A stretch of DNA of 64,000 bases, taken from the NCBI GenBank assembly GCA_010015585.1, contig ML975176.1. One strand, given 5' to 3'. The translations under genes and the position numbers were made by a program. Shown here piece by piece: positions 61,528 through 64,000 of this stretch. This DNA is from Eremomyces bilateralis CBS 781.70. Lineage: Eukaryota. Positions within the stretch are counted from its first letter, which is position 1. Every line of letters begins with the position of its first letter. Below the pieces are notes generated by a model, which saw nothing but the letters and a program-made list of their open reading frames with translations, did no database searches and was not told the DNA's origin.

Positions 61528-64000
61528 TCACGCTGTTGCCTGTACAACTTTGAAACCCTCCCCAATCGCCTTGCTGATCTCCTCGTCTTTGTGTTGCAAC
61601 AGACCAAGGGCATATGCAACGTCATTCCATTGCCTTTCGCTATTGCATCGTGATAATCGAGCCGCAAGCTTGTTTGCAAGTTGTTTGGCATGTTTATCCT
61701 AAAGAAAGTCAGTTATGACTCGATCCCGAGTTCCCGATGTGCATACCTTTTCAATGAAACCGGCAAGGAATTTCAGAATGCGTCTGAAAGTGTTCTCATC
61801 CAAATCCTCGTCTGTACTAAGCAAACTGAACATGTCAACGAAATGATTGTACACGGCGTTATCTTTCGTCGCAAGTTCGGTGAAAAACATCCGAGCCATG
61901 TCGGCGATTCGAGTGTCGTCGTCCTCGATACACTTCGCCATTGCCCCAAGTTGGCCCTTCACCTTGACTTGACCGGCTAGGATGAGGAATGTCAATGTCA
62001 TCAGACATGTCCGTTTGACACTAAGATCGACGTCATTGAGTCGACGATAAAGGAAATCCGTGTTTTCATCTACGAGATGATTGAAGCACACGGCCATATC
62101 GGCAAGCCCGACAACCAGATTGCTTCGGACAATGGGATCCTTGCTGCGCTCTAGGATGGTCAACAGCAAGGCGAGATGCTGCTCACAGTACTCGGCGCTG
62201 ACGCACATGAGCTTGGCCATGCAAAGGGCCGACTGGGATTGCAGGATGGGATCGTTGTATCGGGTGTTATTTCCACAGATTTCAGCAACCATGGGCCCGA
62301 AGTTGTAGAGAAGAGACTGCGGATCGTAGAGGAGCTCTTGCTCTCGAACATGAGCAAGTGCCTCCGTGAAATCATCTTCTGTCGTACCGGCCATGAGATC
62401 CAACTCGTCCTGCTCTTCCGACTGTGGTTTCTCTCCTGGCTTTCGTTTGGTGGGCGATGCGTCCCCCTTTTCACTGTTCTCGGCCACGGATAGCTTCTCA
62501 TTTGCGGCCTTTCTTCGCTTGAAGTCTTGCTCGATCAGTTCCAAATGCACAATCTGTTTGATAGCGACATGTCCCACGACGAACAAGAGCTGTGATAATG
62601 CCGCCGTCGTCCGTTGTTTGCCCGGACCGGTGCTCTTCTCGGATCGAGGAGAAGGCAATCCAGTACCGTCGTTTGCAACCGACCCGGAAGAAGACGCTGG
62701 CCGCGAATCAGTTTGGTTAGGCCGAAACACCGATTTGGTCATTCTTCGAAGTACTTCGGTGCATAAAGTGTCCGGCAACTTGGAAAGAGCATAGATGGCC
62801 CCGATCGCCTGCTCGGCAACACCGAACCATTCTTTTGAGTCCGACGCGCTTTCGACGAGATCTGCGAGTTGCACGAGCACGATATGATCGTTAGGTAATT
62901 TGGCCGCGGTCGGAGACTCTCGCTTGCCAGTTTGCTTGCCTCCATCATAAATCCGACGAAGAGCGATGCACGTATATCGGGCCAATCCGAGGTCCTTGCG
63001 GCCAATCTCTCCGAGACCGATTCTTAGACACGTCTCCATGTCCCTGACGACGATTTCCGGATCTGCTAAAGCGAGCATGCCGAGGACAATAATCGCACCA
63101 CGTCGCTGCTTCTTAGAGATTTCTTTCCGTTGTACGCCATAAATCTGCCACAGCTTTTGGACGACGATAGTGCTGACCAAGTCCGTTTTCATCATCGTGC
63201 TCAAAAGCTGCTCCAGAGACGTGAGTTCCGCCGGTGTCGCTCCAAAGGTCAGGCTGATCATGTTTCGAGCCACGTAGTTCGCAGCATCGTTTGCCGTATA
63301 GTCCGGCGCGGTGAAGAAGAGACTCTTGTAGCACTCGATCAGGTGGGACTGAACGCCTTTGCCTTCGTCGCTGTTCCCTTTCGTCCAGATTAGGCGGAGC
63401 ATGCGCCTCACCCCAATTCTCGCCGTCTCAATCTCGTAGACGTGGCATGTGACGAAGAAATCCATGGCTTCGATGACTTCCGACTTGTTTCTCGATGACA
63501 ACAACTGCGTAACCACAGGGCAGGCATTGTGAATGACCTCAATGAACCGAAGCGCTTCAAGAAAGAATCGCCGAGACAATTGCAATTGATTGATCAGTTC
63601 TGCCGTCGCCGCCTCCTTTGCTGCCCTCTCCATGGCTTCGATACGCTGATCCTCTGTCATCGACTCCGGAACCGTGGGTTCCGCTTGAGTAACATCATCA
63701 AGCAACTCGGTGTCTGCTGTTTCATCCGAGATCGTCTTTTCTCGCAGCTCCGTGGGAGGTTGTAAGGCGTCAATCTTTGCATCCTCATCTTGCAAGGCCT
63801 TTGTCCAGTCTTTCTTCTGTAGCTGACCTTTGCCAAAAGCACCGAAAGGATGAGTGGAAATCAGCTTTCCAAGGAGTTTTATCGCATTGCGGCGGACGTT
63901 ACTGCTTTTGTCTTCAAGACTCCGAGTGGCAAGTTCGGCTGCCGTTTGTCTCCTCTTAGGAAATTTGACTTCCAAATCACACAATCGCAAACAGACTTGG
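61528..64000 (-). CDS. YCS4: Condensin complex subunit 1 (Ycs4/Cnd1/CAP-D2); 5' end lies outside the window
   Basis: HEAT-repeat ORF with LEDKSSNVRRNAI, RSNLVVGLADMAVCFN, KRTCLMTLTFLILAGQVKVKGQ. Intron 61746-61699; last exon 61698-61528 DKHAKQLANKLAARL..ERQWNDVAYAL. Confidence 0.95.

Overview
Gene-dense, intron-containing genomic DNA from a filamentous ascomycete (Pezizomycotina; short ~47-90 nt GT-AG introns with CTRAC-type branch points). I could build 18 protein-coding models by hand: an Rco1-like double-PHD protein (5'-truncated), Asn-tRNA synthetase, a secreted GH43, the Rrp3 helicase, a divergent histone H3/H4 pair, a HAD dehalogenase-like protein, a propionyl/acetyl-CoA synthetase, Ras2/RasB, an Lte1-like RasGEF, AP-2 sigma, a membrane-anchored kelch protein, a small cytochrome b5, a Pac2-type WOPR transcription factor, a 1210-aa unknown protein, a DUF3824-like Arg/Ser-rich protein, glutaryl-CoA dehydrogenase, a PIG3-type quinone oxidoreductase and condensin Ycs4/Cnd1 (5'-truncated). 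There is also one 197-aa hypothetical ORF. I found no rRNA, convincing tRNA, transposon or CRISPR array. This looks like core genome, and I cannot support a clearly new multi-gene system. The best second-look signals are regulatory: a ~2 kb strand-specific ATG desert with a single M-W-stop uORF before rasB, rasB lying next to an Lte1-like GEF, a 10-nt microexon in RRP3, a GC-AG intron splitting the AMP-binding motif, PTS1 signals on two proteins, uORFs and a hairpin in the pac2 leader, competing splice donors in the DUF3824 gene, and a Cys/His motif in the large unknown protein. All family assignments are from motif recognition, not database searches.
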